Notes under the pieces: model-generated | Told to the model about the DNA's origin: nothing | Databases searched by the model: none | The model's input: the letters and a program-made list of their open reading frames with translations, nothing else | Translations under genes and position numbers: made by a program | From: Choristocarpus tenellus KU-1152 | Taxonomy: Eukaryota; Protista; Phaeophyceae | Direction: 5' to 3' | Assembly: GCA_964200185.2 (NCBI GenBank) | Contig: CAXNAD020000032.1 | Coordinates: forward strand, 1-40,145 | Length of the DNA: 40,145 bases | Shown: piece after piece, positions 12,201 through 24,200 of the stretch | Numbering within the stretch: the first letter of the stretch is position 1 | Layout: each line of letters begins with the position of its first letter

Positions 12201-15200
12201 CAGTAGTGCTCGCTGAGGAGATGTCTGGTATTGCTAAATTCTTTTTAAGAAAAACTCATTTGGATCGTTGTCTGGTGGCAGGGCTACTGATCAACTTGCT
12301 CCACCACTATTGGCCGTCCCTGCTCAAAATTGATGGGTTTCTGGAGGAATTTATTACACCCATTGTCAAGGTCAACAAAGGTATGATGATGGTGGCCTTC
12401 TGATATACCCAGCGATACGTTTTCAAATAAGTTCAAGTCTGGTTGGTGTATCAAAAGGCCTATACTGTAAGCAATATAAGTACTGTTCTTGTTGTGTTTG
12501 TTGTATTCTTTGACTTTAGTTTCTTCTTCTTTTTCCCTACATGATAACAGCTATCTGCAAAATATTAGTGGGTACAGCAAAACATCCTTGTTCAAATGAG
12601 GACCCCACTTTTGTTGTAACACCAATCTTTTTCTCACGGTGTGACTCTATTTATAGTAATTGCAGCAATGGATTTTATTATAAATAAATAAAGGAAATAA
12701 ATAATAAGAAGTAAAAAAAAAAATATTGACTGCAGGTCAGCAGGAGAAGTCATTCTACACTCTGCCAGAGTATGAGATATGGAAGGAGACCCACAATAAC
12801 GGCAAGGGTTGGAATGCCAAGTACTATAAGGTGATTGCCAATTTCCTCTAACCTCAACACGGTTTATTGTCAGGGACTATGTATTGTAGTGGGCACCATA
12901 CAGCGCAATATTATGTGGTAGTGTCTTTGTTGGTGTAGTAGTGCTTTAAATGTTAGTGTGGTAGCTATGAAGATCATCTCTATGTGTATTAGTGTTGTGG
13001 TGTTTCACAAATACTTTGCATCCTGCAAGATGTGATGGATGGTTCAATTGATAAGGTCTCTGGACTGTGTTAGCTATTTACATCTCTTGGTATAATTACC
13101 TCATCCAAAAATGGATCTTGCTTTGGGACCTGTCGCTTAGCCTGCTCTAGAGCCCTATTATTGCGGTCACACATCGTGTTCACGATCAAAAATAATATAT
13201 CATTGAGAACTGGCGACCCTAACCTCAAGTCAATTGGTCAGTGACCTTTGTTTATGGTTGAGGTTGAGTATGCATCTATGCACACTGCTGTATTTGCCAT
13301 TTTTTACTTTGTGGTGATTGATTGGCACAAATATGCATGGGGTAGGTGGAGAAGTGCACTTTTGACTTTTTCTCGTTGTGATGACATTCTTGCATTTTGC
13401 ACATCGTATTAGAGGATTTGACAGGCAGAGGGTGTGTTAGCAACTACATGATCTCAAAAGAATGGATTTTATTTTGTTGTGAGGTTCAAAAGTTTGGTAT
13501 GTTGGTGGACTTAGTGGTGTATCATAGTTGCTAGATTGTAGGGCAAATTGTGGTTTTTACTTTCATACCCTGCGTTGGTTCATTTGCACATATACGGTGT
13601 ATACACACAGGGTCTGGGTACATCCACTGCGAAGGAGGCCAAGGAGTACTTTGCTTCGTTGGATGTGCACCAGCTAGAGTTTGAGTGGAAGGATGACCAC
13701 CTTGATGCAGACCTGATTGACATGGCGTTCAGCAAGAAGAGGGGTAAGAGGGTGCTCTATCGCATACAGATATTGATGGGGAGAGGAGGGGGCTGGGTTG
13801 GGGAAAGAGTTGTCTGTGACTTTCCTCTTTGGGAAAGGTGGCCTGGGAGGAGTGGATTTTTGAAATTGCTTAGTCATAAAAAAAAGGCTAGTGTTGGGGA
13901 TTTCTATGTCTGTGTGCTTCTAACAATGCAAGCTGCGGTGACGACAAAAGCTCAGGGCCAGACAGATCTTAGAGACCTTAGAGATCTCAAAATAATCTTC
14001 ATATTTTTTCAATTGATGATGCCTAAATCAGTTTGACATTTTATTCAATTTGAGGATAAAGTGTGTCTATTCGTGATGTATGCAAGTTTGGCAACATCTC
14101 AAGCAAGATTGGCATGTCATATTTGTTGTTGTCTCAAATCTAGGTAACGATACTACCTTTGTGTGTGTATGTTTTTTTTTGCCCTATTAGTACCGGACCT
14201 TCCTATTACTATGTAATATGTATGATTATTGATGGTTGTAAAAACCTAAAAAAATTGATCCTGTCTGACAAAAAATATTGTGACTATGCAGTGCACTGTT
14301 TTTGTTTTTTTTTTGTACGTGAATTTTTTGTTCATCTTTTTGATGTCCTGCAGTGGAAGACCGCAAGGATTGGCTCAGAGGGTTCAAGGCTGGCACTCAT
14401 GCTGACTATAATGTACAGACAGTGACCTATGACAGCTTCGTCAACCAGGAGCTAATCCTCTTCTCTGTGAGTGAAAACATACCTTGAATACAATCTCCTG
14501 CTGCGTAACCATTAGGTTTACTGTTCAATTGGGATTGTGCTTGATTTGTTGTGGAGTGTTGAGCTGAGGCAGCGTTACTTTCCTTGCACTATATTGTACT
14601 GTGCAGTAGTTGGGAAGTTGTGACTAGAGTTTGGTTATGTTCTCTGGGTGGTGTACTGTATGAGGTTAAACTCTGCTGGGATGTTTTAGTCGCTGCAACA
14701 AGGTTGTGCCAGTAAGTATAGTTTTGTGGAATCAGCAATGACCTTTGATGTGTTGGTACTTTTTGCTTGGTTGAAATTGTGTTTTTCTGGTTGTACCAAC
14801 TTTTCTCGGATGGTCTGTTCAACTTCTTCTGGGAAGTCAGTCTATTAGTATCAGCCTGATTTGTATTATTGGAATTGTGACCAATTGTTGCCCTGATACT
14901 TATGTTTATTGAAGGTGGAAGACAACAAGAGATCCATTCCCTCTCTAGTGGATGGGTTTAAGCCATCTCAGCGGAAGGTGCTCTTCTCATGCTTCAAGAG
15001 GAATCTCAAGAAGGAGATAAAGGTAATGTATCCTGATATGTAGACAGTTTTTTTGACCCAAGGGTTGATTTTTGTAACTCATCTCATACCCTTCACAGTG
15101 GCACGACTTTCAGGGATAGAAAAGTAGGGGTTGGAGTGGAATGCAATCCTTGGGACTATGGACTGCACATGCATTTACCCCAACTGTGTAGGATGTGTGA

Positions 15201-18200
15201 TTATATACTGATATTGTTTCGCACATGATAACATTGTTCCACATAGCACATTGAGGAGCACACGGTTCATTTTCATTCTCTTTTTTTGTTGCAACAGGAA
15301 CCTATTTAAGGTGTCTCCATGCTTTACTTGTAGGCGTCAGTAGAACACTACCTTATATCTCTTGGTATGTTTTTGATCAAGCACTGACCAAAGTACAGTA
15401 TTACTAAGGGTATCACGTTGTTCTTCCGGTCTGAGGTTCTTGAATGTGTGCATTTGTGTGTGCGTTTGTGTCTCTGCGTGTTGCAACAGGTGGTCCAGTT
15501 GGCTGGGTATGTGTCTGAGCACTCTGCCTATCACCATGGTGAGGCGTCACTCAACTCCACCATTGTGGGGATGGCGCAGAACTACGTTGGAAGCAACAAT
15601 CTTGGACTGCTAACCCCAGGGGGTCAGTTTGGAACCCGGCTCATGGGTGGAAAGGTATGTTAACACAAGTAGGAGTGAGGAGGGCCATCGGCAACAAGTC
15701 TCTCTGAACATTGGGGCATTCTAAGTGGAGATACCTTCATAATATGTGGCGCAAGGATGTTGGAGCAAGGCATATGTGGGTGATGGATAAGGTGGTAGTC
15801 TAAGTTTATCAAGAGTGTTGATATTGCTCTTTGTTGAAGTGTGATGCGAAATATATGTGCAGCCTTTTATGTACTGCTTCTGAAAAAAAATAATGCCTGT
15901 GCACTATTTGTTGTCATCTTTTTCTTTCTAGACTTGTTGATCTACCGCACCACTAAAAAAAAGGTACAAGTTTGTCATAGTCTTTGTCCTTCACCTCTTT
16001 TACCCTAGGGTAAAGGTTAAATTTATATTTTATTTTCTGTTATTCTCTCCCCTGCCCTTACCTTGAATGCCTTGTGTTGTCCTTTCCCTTGCTTTTTCTC
16101 TGATTGTGGTAGGACTCTGCCAGTCCAAGGTATATCTTCACTTGCCTTGAGAAGGCTGCTCGTGTGGTCTTCCACCCAGATGATGACCCTCTTCTCACTT
16201 ACTTGGATGATGACGGCCTTTCCATTGAGCCGGAATTTTATGTCCCTGTGTTACCCCTGATTCTTGTGAATGGATGTGACGGCATTGGAACTGGGTGGAG
16301 TAGCCAGGTACAAGATTATAGTAGAATTATTGGGTGTTGCAGATATTGGAGGTCATTATTATTGTTGGGGAAGAGTTAATTGCTGTTTTTTGGGGTTTTG
16401 GCTAGGGTCAGGATCAAGATTGAGAATGAAGTACATGCCAGCAAGGAGGGATGTTGCAGTATGAAGAATCAGCTCTTTCTATTGGCTTGTATGGATAGGC
16501 AGTCTTTTCTATTGCTGGAGTGCTTAAAGCAAAGTTTTTCCCCTGTGTTATTTATATGTGCTACCTCTTGTATTGGTGAAGTGCTTTGAATATGTTCTTC
16601 CCATGGGCTAATTTTTTTGTATGTCCTCTTCTACTGGTAGGGAGCTTGGAAAGAAATTCTTCCCATTGTTTAAATATGATGTATGGTCTTTTCTATTAGT
16701 GGGGTGCTGTGATATGCATTCCTCTGGTCCATAAGTAGGGCACGCAGGTCTAAGGGCTTGGCATGGTGCTGTGACAAGGAAAGAGGAACAATTGTTTATA
16801 GTGGTCAATTTCCTTCTTTCTACACTCTTTGTTTTGAAAGATGATGGATTTTGTGCAAGATCATTGAGATTTTGGTGGAATCATGCCATACCAGTGTCTT
16901 ACAGAGTGTACCTTTGTGATTGTATTGCTGTAAAGTGAAGGTATATATTTTTATATTTGTTTTTATCTTATGTTTCTGTCCATGGTGTGGGCATGGTTTT
17001 CCTACCTACTTAGAAGCAGGCTATTTGTTCTGGTAGTTATTAAGTTATTTTTCTTGATTTAAAACTGTGCCATAACCTTACGCATAAATGTATTGGATTG
17101 AGGGTAGGCCTCTTCTGAATGACAGAAATTCATGCTAGATATATCCATAATTTCTGTTTTTTCGGATAATTCATCGGAGCAGGATATGGACAGGGTTTTT
17201 CGAGGTTGAAAAAAATGAAATTTTGGAAATATTTTTGTAGTCAGGAACAGGTCTTAGGGTTGCAATGATGATGAATGAATTTATGCTATGATTGATGAAA
17301 GTTTTGGTTGAAAGAGAACACTCTCTTTAATGTCATCCTTCCTTGTGCTTTTTGACTTTGATGCGGTGTGGTTTATGTGCTGTTATAGGTGCCGAACTAC
17401 TGTCCTCGTGATGTGATTGAGAACCTGAGGAGGAAGATCAAGGGTCAGCCGATGGTGGAGATGCAGCCTTGGTATGAGGGCTTTGTGGGAGAGATAGAGG
17501 TATGTGAATGTAGCAGTAGAATAGCTATTGTTAACAATATGACACTTATTTTTCGAGAGTGCATGTGAAGGTTCAAGGTTAGGGCTAGGGTCAAAGTATC
17601 TAGGGGGGGGGTGCCAGCGTCTGTTTTTGAACCTGGCTCAAAGTATCTGGGGGGGATGGAGGTTGTACATTTGGGGTCAATTTTTTCATGTCGCGATTTT
17701 TGGGTAATCTGGTTCCATACCTTGGATAATGTAAGGGCACTTTTTCTGGTTTTGGTCCAAATGGACACTCTGGTGTAGACCCCCCCCCCCCCCCCCCTAC
17801 TTCGGGTTGCTAGGATTATAATTTTTCTCGTATAAAATATTATGTTGTAACTCTAATCCTGTATTGACAAAGATTATCTGATCGACAGGTATATATACAT
17901 GTATGTAAAAAGAGTCATACTATTTTAATAACAGAGGCAAACATATATTTTAGCTGTTTTGCACAATTTACTGTTATTTTATTGTCCCCTGTGTAATACA
18001 CCTATCTCTATGTTTTATGTCACCAATTGAAGCTCCCCAAAACAAAGGCGTTACTGAGGCTGACAATAAAATTTACTTCTATTGAGGAAAAGTCCTTCAT
18101 TATGTATGAAGGACACTTTTTCTGGCTGTTTCTGGGGAACCATGTTATGCAACCGTGTATGCCCCTCAGTGTGGCTCACATTTGTACATAGATGGACTTA

Positions 18201-21200
18201 TGGTTTGTAGTATATGGTTAGCCCTTTCCTGAGCTTAGACTTGATGTGAACAGTCTTTTGGTTTTCATTCTCTTTTCAGTAACAATTGTTGGGTGTGTGT
18301 GTTCCTAGGTATAGATATATGCAGAATATGATAATGGAATATATACTGATGCGTTGCAAACTCTTGGGAGATGTCCTATCGTGGAGCATTATTGTTGTCA
18401 TCATGGTTGCATGTCGCCTTTAATGTGTAATAGTGTGTGTCATTTGAAGGAGCCTTACTACAGTATGCACATTCAGTTGTACTCCATGTAACCCTTCAAT
18501 TGGTTGGAGCTGTACTCCTCCACAGACCGAAATATATGAATTGAAACAATATCTTCCCCTCAAGATATTATGGAGTAGAGTTTTATGTTTGAGTTGCATG
18601 TACTAGCCTGAAACTACCCCTGAAGTAATTTGGAGATAATACAGATAATGGTACTGAAGGTGATTCTAATATTTTTTTGTTCATAAATACTATTCTCTCT
18701 TTTAGTTCAGTTTTTTGACGATAATATTGTATCTGGGGATGGTACATGTAATTGATACTGTGGTGGTAATCATGGTGACAATATCATGTGAGGAAATATA
18801 CTAGTAGTACTGGGCATATATGATTAGTTGTGACCTTGATAAACTCAGAGGGAAAAAATCGGGTATAGGCTTGAGCTTTAATTTTTTTTCTATTTTGGTC
18901 TATATTTCACTAACCCTCTACCTTGTGAATCCTTGACAAACCCCACCAGGTCAAGCAAGGCAAGAAGGGTTCAGAGGGTGGCTACTGCTCTAAGGGAATC
19001 ATCAAGCGTACTGGAGATGATAAGGCAAGCTCCTCACAGCTACCTGAGCTTTCTTTACTGTTCTGCGTAAATTTTGGAGGGACCAGCTTCATTTGAAGAC
19101 GTGCACACCGAAGGAGATCAGAATGATTGTACACCAACCCTGACCTTTAAAGTACATTGCTGCAGATAACATCTTTCTTTGTGGTTAGAATTCTGGTATG
19201 CCTATGCTTGTGAATTTCTTCAACTTCTACCCTCTCACTCAAAATTTGATTTCATATATTTCTGGTCTCCAATTATTGTTACCTGACCCCTTCCCTATCC
19301 CTTTTCTCTCCCTCTCTCTATCCCTCTCATTCTCTGTTATTGGACCATTGCTTTTTCTTTTTTGTTTCTGGGTCAGTGTTGATATTTCAATACTATCCTT
19401 ACTTCTCTAGACTTCTTCACATGCTGACTATTATAATATTCTGTACCTATTCCCTCAAATAATCCAGGTGGAAATTTTGGAACTCCCTATCCGCAAGTGG
19501 ACCCAAGACTACAAGCAATTCCTGGAGTCTCTTTTGCCTGGGGCGGAGGAGGGAAAGGCTAAAGGGGGGGGAAAGAAGACTGGTGGGGATAAGGCGAAGG
19601 AGAAGACTTCCTTGCCTTGCAAGTATATCAAGGACTTCAAGGAGAATCACACAGACACAAGGTTGGCCTATGCTGTTGCTGTTGAAATGTAATCTCTTCT
19701 AAAGTGAACGAAGTAGTAGTCGAGTAGTATTTTATATATAGTAAGCATAGATATGTGATGTAAATGTGAGGAGTGATAGTGGCAGGGGCTGGGTAGTTTG
19801 AATTTTTTTAATGAGTATGTGTGTTTTAGGAGTAGGTACAATAATAATGATTTTTTGAGTATCTTCTATTGAGATATAGTGAGTATTTTTTTGTTACTAT
19901 TAATGTGATATCGTCATTTCATGTTTGCGAGGTAGGTTGTAGACTTTTGACATTTTCCTGTCAGGAGAAATCTCAACTACTATGTGTTGATTGTGTAGAG
20001 TTGTATGTATCCATATCTCCTGAAAAACCTTACATTATCATGTTTTACTGAAGTATTGTAGAGTGATTGTGTTGCAGTATGTGTGATTTAATAATGTAAT
20101 ACCTTGGGTTTCTCAAGGGTGTTTTGATTGTATTGTTTGAGAGAGTATCAAGGCTATTGTGCTGTTTTGCTTTCTCTTGTTTTTGTTATCTTCATGCAAA
20201 CTGGTCAGGGGGTGAAATTAGTGTTCCTCCTTCCCCCTCCCTCCCCTTGTCCACCTCTGTCCTTCACCTCATTGGTGGTTCGTACAGTGTGCACTTTACT
20301 GTGACCATGTCTCCTGCAGACATTGATGAACTGGAGGCAGAAGCAGGTGGGGGTGGATTGATGAAGTTCTTCAAGCTGGAGTCCAGTGTCACAACCAGCA
20401 ACATGGTCCTGTTTGACAACTCTGGACTACTGGTCAAGTAAGTTGCCTTAATTTTTTTGTCATGAGTACTAGGCAAGGGTTGTGTTAGAGTTTGCAGGTC
20501 AGGTTCTTGAAGATTCAGCATGCTAGAAATGTTGTATTTTTCTGTTGAGAAATAGGATATTCTCAGTCGCTTACCCACTTTATAGTTCTTGATGTATATT
20601 AACCGTGGAATATTGTTTCTATAGGTATGATTCTCCACAGCACATCATGGAGTCCTTTTATGGTCTTCGAATGGACTTCTATGACAGGAGGAAGCGAAAC
20701 CTTTTGGCTAAGATGCAAAGGGAGTGGAGTAAGCTTGATAACAAGGTCAATCCCTCTTTGCAATCTCCCCCCCCCACCCCCCCCCCCCCTCCACACACCG
20801 CCCCCAACCCCATTCTTCTTTCATTTTTTCATCATTGTGCCTCTCTAACTGATTACTTTTTCTACTAGTGATCTTGCGTTGAAGTATTGGTTATTATTTT
20901 GGTTAGTTAGGGTTAGGCAGTTATATGTTTCTTTGGTTGTAGAATGGTACTATGTTCCTGTTTTTTTTGAGCTTGTGATTTGTGAATGGTAGATAGTGAT
21001 AGGATTGCTGTGATGAGATGTACTGATTGGTTGGATACTTTTTTTCCAGGTGCGCTTTATTTTGGCTGTGGTGGAGGAGCGTCTAATTGTATCTAACAGG
21101 AAGAAGGCGGAGTTGTTGCTGGAACTTCAACGGGAAGGATATGACATCTTCCTTCCTGAAACAGCCAGGTATTACGGAAAATATATGTCGACACTATATG

Positions 21201-24200
21201 TGTGTTAGTGAACTCTTACTGTCATACTACATGGTACATCAGAGTGAATGGCATGCTGATATGGGAACTGAAAGGAATGAACCTCTGAACCTCTTGGAGT
21301 GTCATGACTGGCAAGCCCTTGTCCCAGCCAGCTCTTACCCTTTGTTAGGGGTAGTTACAGATATAGCACTTTGTTTCTTTTTGGAGTGATTGTGACACTT
21401 GTTTCCTAGGGAGTTGATTTTAAGTCTGTCGTAGGTTTTTTTTAATGAGATTGCTGCTTCAAGCATTGTATCCTAAGATGTTTTTTATTAAGTATAGCAT
21501 TATTGCTATGATCTTGTTCATGGCCCCTACTATTCAATTGTTTGTAGTGTTTTTCTGTTTTTTTGTGGTATGATGTGATATTTTTTAATCTTATGGAGCA
21601 GATGAGTTGTACAGGACACTTCTTGTTTTGCAGTTTGTTGACATGATATCTTTCCCTTCTTTACTATCAGAAATGGAACAAATGTGGCTGAGAGGGAGGA
21701 TGGGGAGCATGACAGCGATGAAGGTGATGGCAGCCTGAACCTAAATTTAGTACTATTAGTACATTGCTTTAAAGATTGGTTAGTTGTCCATGCACCGTTT
21801 GATGAAATATTTTGAGATTCTATTTTTCTAGAGTTGTATTGAGGGATTTTGAGGACTTCTCTTATGGATAGGGGAGAAAATATGTTGGCTTTTTTGTTTG
21901 AGAGTACTACAAGTTCCCGTTTATTTTTCACTAGAAGTAGATGTTACCATGTTGTGGGGAACATTTTTCGAAACAAATGATTAATTGCCAGGTGGTGAAG
22001 AGGACTTCAATGATGTTTTCTCCACTGGGTAAGGGTCCTGAATATGTGATGGTGGCTTTGTTAATTGAATATATTTATAGTGTTGTGTTGTGTACACCAT
22101 GATGCCATGGGTGTGGGCTTTTTTGCTTGGACTCTTCTTTTTGAATTCTTGACATGACTTGCATTTAACATGACCCATCAGTGACCATTTTTGTTCAAAT
22201 TGATGTATGCAATGATGTTCAGAGGATGACAGTGGCAGTGTGGGTGTCAATGGGCTTGCTAAGGGATATGATTACCTACTGAGCATGAAGATTTGGAGTC
22301 TTACGTTGGAGAGAGTGAAGAATCTTGAAGAGGAGTTGGTGGGGAAGACAGAGGCGATGGATAAGCTCAAGGTGATATCTATTACCTATTTTAGTATGTG
22401 TTGTATTTTTTGTAGTATAGGGGTGGATGTGCCAGATGTGAGGTGTTCAGTGAAACAAGTTGGTTCTAATGAGACCTCTTATCTTCAATAGTTACTATTG
22501 CTGTTGTTCTTGTTGTTACTAATATTATTGTTATTGTTATCATTATCATCATCATCATCATCATCACCATGCACTCCGGACCGTATTGGTTGTTACTTGA
22601 TACTGCGAGTATTTTTCAATTCATTATTTTTTACTATATAATCTAGTGTGTTTCCATTGTCTTCGATGATATACTTTAATTCATACACATATTTTTGTAT
22701 AGATGTACAGTAGATGATTTCAGTTGGTTGATGTTTGAAGTGTAAAGTGGTGCTTATTCGTAGAAGGAAGTGTATTCTGATGGGTAAATATTAGTTGAAG
22801 AGGGAACATTAAACTATGAGATGACAGACGTCCAATAAACACATTTAATGCCTTTGATGTAATACGAACCAGAAAACAACACCATCAGAGCTGTGGTTGA
22901 AGGATCTGGATGCTCTAAGTGATGTCTTGGATGAACTTGCAGAGATAAACGTGAAGCAGTTGCTGGAGGATGAGAAGCAACGTAGGAATGCGTCCAAGAG
23001 AGGTGGAAAGGTGAGGGACACACATATGTACATAATTGGGAATGATTATCATGCTTTCTTTTGCAAACATCCTCTAAGTGGTGGGTGTGATGTGCTTTGA
23101 TACTTCCCGAGGAGTACGAAAAAGGAACAATGGGCAACTTTTCAATACGTCAGGGTATTCAAAAAAATTCTGTAAGAAGGGTACGTGTTTTTGACTATTG
23201 GTACTATGGCTTTACTGGTAGTGATTTTTACATTCAACAATCCATTTCTATTTTTTTGGGGACGAACACTGGTATTGAATTTGAAAGTAACAATAGGTGC
23301 ACAAAGGCAGTCCTGGCTATCTGTTTTTCTATCCCTAACCCTATTCCTATCCATAAATATGGGAGTGCTCTTGTACGCCCAGTTTCCAACATGGCATACT
23401 GCACACAGCAAGTAGACCCTCTCTGAGATGGTGTCTGTAGAGGGCTTTGTTGTCGCTGTCTGATGTGTGTAGGACTTTTTCACCCTATAGTTGACTCCAT
23501 GGGTGTTGGTCATCCTTACACTTCTTGCATTGTGTGAGAAATATACAGTAGTGCAGTGAACAGTTGCGCATATTTTGAGTGAGGTCAAGAGTAGGGAGCT
23601 GGGGGGGGGAGGCAAACGTTGAGGGTGTCCTACATTCTGTGGTCTTGGTGGATTATATCAGTTTTGCTATTGTTGGACATAATTTTCTTGTTTTTTTGTA
23701 CGTCACACAACCCTTGACCGTGGCAGTATCAAACAGTTTCAGATTTCTTTACTTTCTTCTCTCATTATTGATTTTTTTTTTGTGCTAGGGCGGTCGTGGT
23801 AGGGGCCGGATGGATGATGATGACTCTGACTTTGAAGATGGGCCGAAAAAGAAGAAGGGTACCAAGTCCAAGGGAAATGCATTGAAGGGTTCTCTGCCTC
23901 CCCCATCAGTACGTTTGGATGCTCCGCCCTTGGCAGTGAGCTCTGGAGGTGGAAAGGTGAGTCAGAGGGAGGAGTGTGTACGCATTGCATGGTTGTAAAA
24001 GGATCCTGTTTTGTGCTATGAAGATATTCAGTTACTATCCATAGATTTTCTTGAAAGTTTGTCTTTTTACTTTTTTTGTTGTAGTGTTCACTTAGCGCTA
24101 ACACTTTGTTTCTAATGTTGACATTTCATACCATATACTATGTATTAATAGTATTATGGTACTTCTTTTGAGTGGGATTGAACGAATGATACATTGGGCC

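Larger units (their letters stand above)
14354..23010 (+). other. TOP2: TOP2 exons 18-30: DNA breakage-reunion core (WHD, tower, coiled-coil/C-gate); catalytic Tyr codon at 16131-16133
   Basis: [19 protein letters not shown]; AYHHGEASL; [21 protein letters not shown]; [14 protein letters not shown]; [12 protein letters not shown]; [15 protein letters not shown]; ELWLKDLD. Confidence 0.95.

Noticed and set aside
13548-14036. 162-aa ORF suggesting a longer exon
   Set aside because: Only 13611-13743 is TOP2-like; the remainder is read-through into introns past a GTAAGA donor.
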